Shown here piece by piece: positions 60,331 through 64,000 of a DNA stretch of 64,000 nucleotides (within the stretch, counting starts at the first letter, position 1; every line of letters starts with the position of its first letter). Position numbers and translations under genes: made by a program. The stretch spans positions 3,659,374 through 3,723,373 of the forward strand of contig MU054220.1 of assembly GCA_013239625.1 (NCBI GenBank), read 5' to 3'. This stretch comes from Lama guanicoe. Taxonomy: Eukaryota. The notes under the pieces are model-generated. The model searched no databases and was not told the DNA's origin. It was given only the letters and a program-made list of their open reading frames with translations.

Positions 60331-62627
60331 TAGGGCGGGGTGGGCAGCTCTTACTAAGAACACACAACTTTACAGTCCTGGGTGACTTGATGGGTTGTCG
60401 TTTTCCATGAGATCAGGACCACAGGACAAGGACCTGCACCCTAGGCACTGCATGATGACCCCCTCTGCCTTGGGCACTTGGCTGATACAACTCCACACAT
60501 CTGCTGAGACCTTGTGCTGCTTGGAAAGAGGGATGAGGACAGAAAAGAACGTTTACTGAGCAGCGACTCTTTGCCAGCCACTCATGAGCTCCATGAAGCG
60601 ACTGCCCTGAATCTTTCAACAACTCCATGAAGCAGGAAGCACTGTGTCCATTTTACAGATGAGGACACAGGCCCAGAGGGGTGAAGGTGCCCAACATCCT
60701 GGAGCTTGTGAGCACGCCCCTCAGCCCACTCCAGATCCTGTGTTCCCTCTAGTCTGGGGGCAGCTGTTCAGGCAGAGAGACACCTGCTCTGCATATCACT
60801 TCCTCTCTGGCCCCAGCGACCTCATCTGCAAAGTGATAGAGGTGAAGTTTGGCCTGTCAGTTCCTGCCATCAGGCTCGGACTTAGGCGGGCCTTTGGAGG
60901 GCAGAAGGGGCCACCCCAGTGAGACGCTGGGAAGTCCGCAGGAGGCCAGGCTCGGGGCTCCTCTCTTGTCCACTCGGGCAAAGCTGTTCCCCAGGTTCGG
61001 ATCTGGCTTCAGGCGGCTCCGGCTGTTTGGCCATTAAGGGACATAATAAATATGGCAGCTCATAAATGGGCTACCTGTATTTATTATGTACCACATTCAT
61101 TAGATACTACATCTAACGGAGTGCTGGGCTCCCAGATGAATGCAGTCAAAGGAGACGTGACTCCTGGGATCAGCCTCAAAGAGGGGAGGCGGGTAGAAAA
61201 AGAGATGATGTGAGCTGGAGGGTGGGTGGAGATAGGGAACTCTGGGTTCCAGCCCAAGGCGGGGTGCACTAGTGGACAGAGGGCTTTGGAGCCTGACAGA
61301 GAATCAAATCCCAGCTCTGCCAGGCTTAGCTGGTGGCCTGGGGCAAGTACTTGAATGGCATGCATATGAGTTTCCTTGTCTTTAAAATTAGTATAAAAAA
61401 TAATGCCTTCCTCATGATGCATGGAAAATACTGAACACAGAGCTTGGCACATGGTAGCTGGTAACAGCGACAGCGAGTAACAGCTGGCTCCCCTTGATTC
61501 TGACTATATGCCAAAGAACATGCACAGTCTCATTTAATCCTCATAAAGCGCCTGGATGGTAATGTCATTTCCCTTTTTTAGGTGAGGGAACTGAACCTCA
61601 GAGACGTGGGACCATTTGTCTAAGGTCACACAGGATTGAGCACCTGAGCCAGGATTTGAACCCAGGTCTGTCTTAATCTGGAGCCCCAAATCTTAATCAT
61701 CATTTTCAATGAATGCTAATTCCCTGGCCCCATTCATCCATTTTCCTCCAAACTTCAGGCCTGTCTTCACATCTCCTTTGCCACTTTATTTCTCATTAGC
61801 CAGGGGAGACAGCTTTCTGGGCCATCACCCACCGCGGGTCTCAGGCCCAAAGACCAACAACCACCAGCTCCTGCATCCACAAGGACTTTTGACTATGAGG
61901 ACACATCTCCATGGCTAATTGGCTAGACAAGAGTGACAGGCACATGGCACCTCAAATCGTTGCCTGGCTCTCCACCCACCCACAGAGCCTTTTGGAAGCG
62001 AAGATCATCACCACACAGTTTCCTGATTTACCTTTAAGGAGAGTGGGAACATAAAATCGTCTCTGGAAGGTGGATTGAGAAAACAGTGGAGACCATTAAG
62101 TCCAAAGGCTTAGCTGTCCCTCAAGAAAGATGTTCAAAAGGCACTTACGAAGGAGATGTGTGGGGATGAAGGGGAATGCTAAAAGGAAATGACACGCACT
62201 CCCTGGGGCGGGGTGAAAGGTCTACTGAGGTTTCCCCATTCCACGGAGCTGACGGTCAGGCAGGGAGAACGGCAGTGTGGGTGCGGGCTGCAGGGTCACA
62301 CAGGTCCTGGCTCCACCACTTTCTACCGTCGCGACCATAGACAAATCACATACCCTCCCGGGACCTTTGCTTTTGTGTCTGCAAAGTGGGGCCAGGAATG
62401 CTGATCTGCTGAGGGAATCCTGAGGATTTAGGATTAAATGAGAGCACACGTAGGGCGCCTCACTTTACACCAGACGCACAGTGGCTCCGCCCCTTCCTTC
62501 CTCCGCCCCGCCCAGCTCCCAGGCCGTCCTCCCACGGACCCTGGCCAAGGGAGCCACCATTCTCCGTGTCAGGAGAGGGGAGGACTCCGATGGGGAGGAT
62601 TTCTCTGCGGAGAGAATGAGCGTGGTT

Positions 62628-63010
62628 GGTGGTTCTCAAACTGGGTAGCACTATCCTAAAGCCATTTTCAGGATTTCAAATAATAACTCAGAAATTATCC
62701 CCTCACCACCGGCTGGATCAAGGGGCAAGTGTCTTGGGTTTTGGAGCAATTAAACCCCACTCCCCCACCTCGGCAGGGAGGGTTGGGGGCTTACAGCTGG
62801 TTGTTTTATCATACAGCGTGACCCTGGATGCAACTGTTTCATGTGTAACAAAGCCAGGTGTCTAAGGGCTTTAAGGGGGTTTAAGGGGACCTTTTACGTG
62901 ACACTACTTCATGTAAGCGCTGATTTAGAATCCAGCCCTTGAATAACTCACATCACCAGCATTTCAATAAAAGATGATGTTCTTGGTCATGAAAAGGTAG
63001 GGCAGCACTG
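62628..63010. mobile_element. hAT-Charlie-like DNA transposon remnant
   Basis: Starts ggtggttctcaaactg and ends aaaaggtagggcagcactg, degenerate terminal repeats. Confidence 0.5.
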
Positions 63011-63169
63011 GTCTGGCCCAACACCCTCACTGTGCAAATGGGAAAACTTTCATAAAAGGGAAGGGGATTTGGCCAAGTCACAGAACCAATTAGTGAGGGC
63101 TCTGGGCCCGGAGCCCTGTTTCCTGAAGCCCAGGCGAGTGCCCTGTGGATTCTCTACACACTCAAATGT

Positions 63170-63330
63170 TTTATTTATTTTGGTAGCATACACCTTCCCT
63201 TGTTAGGATGTCTGCTTAGAAAGGCATGGGCTTGTTTTGTTCACTGCCATATTCCTAGTGTCCAGGGCAGTGCCCGGCACATGTGGGTCCTCAGTTCACA
63301 CATCTGAATGAATGAATGAATGAATGAATA
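63170..63330 (+). mobile_element. LINE-2 3' end with (GAAT)n tail
   Basis: gttcactgccatattcctagtgtccagggcagtgcccggcac...gaatgaatgaatgaatgaatgaat. Confidence 0.7.
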
Positions 63331-64000
63331 GTAGGAAAAGAGAAAAGAGCCATAAAGAATAGTAGGGACTTAGCAAATCAGAAAAAAAGACAAAGTCAGA
63401 GAGGGAAAGATGGAGAAAGACTGAGGAGACAGAGAAAGACAGACAGCAAAGAAGGATGTAGGAAGGGACAGACGGAGACTGAGAAAGATTTGATGGAGAG
63501 ACAAGGTGGTGTGTGAGGGGGGCAGAGGTACACGGGGAGCAACTGCAGACTTGTCACCTGGGCAGTTCTTTGGGTGTCAGCAGGACAGAGTCTCCCGGTC
63601 ACAGGGGTTCCTGTATATTTCTTTTATGGGCCCAGCCTGTCCTGTAAGAGAAAATATTCAGTTACTCTAGGAAGTCAATAAGGAGCAGCTATCTTCAAGA
63701 AGCTGTTTATAAAACCCCGTCCCCCCAGACACACACATTCAGGGCAAGGGCCTTGCTGATCTGGGCCCATTAGCGCTAATGAAAAGCTCTCAGCACCTGG
63801 TCCGCTCCAGCTGGGGAGGCCCACATGGGGTGCCCGCCTTCTGCCCAGATGGTGGTTCCCAGGTGCCCTTCCTGGGGCCGCGTGGGGAACCACATCTTCA
63901 AAAGATTTGCAGTTTCTGGCACGGGCTGCATCTCTGCTGACATGCTATGTGTGGCTGGTGAACCGGGAGGAGAGGATGGGTGTAGTGATCCATGCACCTG

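Overview
Mammalian genomic DNA, probably a camelid (camel/alpaca/llama), inferred from two tRNA-Ala-like SINEs resembling Vic-1 and artiodactyl-type L1 3' ends. Two intact spliced genes lie tail-to-tail. TP53I11 (PIG11) is on the + strand: CpG-island promoter and probable non-coding first exon at ~21.3 kb, six coding exons at 32945-36171, 189 aa. TSPAN18 is on the - strand: seven coding exons from 58850 to 41446, 248 aa, promoter probably outside the window. Their 3' UTRs appear to overlap at ~38.37-38.55 kb, where opposed poly(A) signals cross. The rest is intronic or intergenic DNA rich in MIR, L2, L1, MLT1-like LTR and hAT fragments. Most of the six-frame ORF track is GC-rich noise. I found no clearly new protein-coding system. 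The best leads are regulatory: the overlapping 3'-end module, oriented CTCF motifs, a double D-box/SOX/FOX CpG element at ~15 kb, an ATG-TGA start-stop in TP53I11 exon 1, a (TG)n/NAGNAG acceptor on an in-frame TSPAN18 exon, and a CCAAT-kB-TATA cassette antisense to TSPAN18. Gene and repeat names come from recall of the families, not database searches. Repeat boundaries are approximate.
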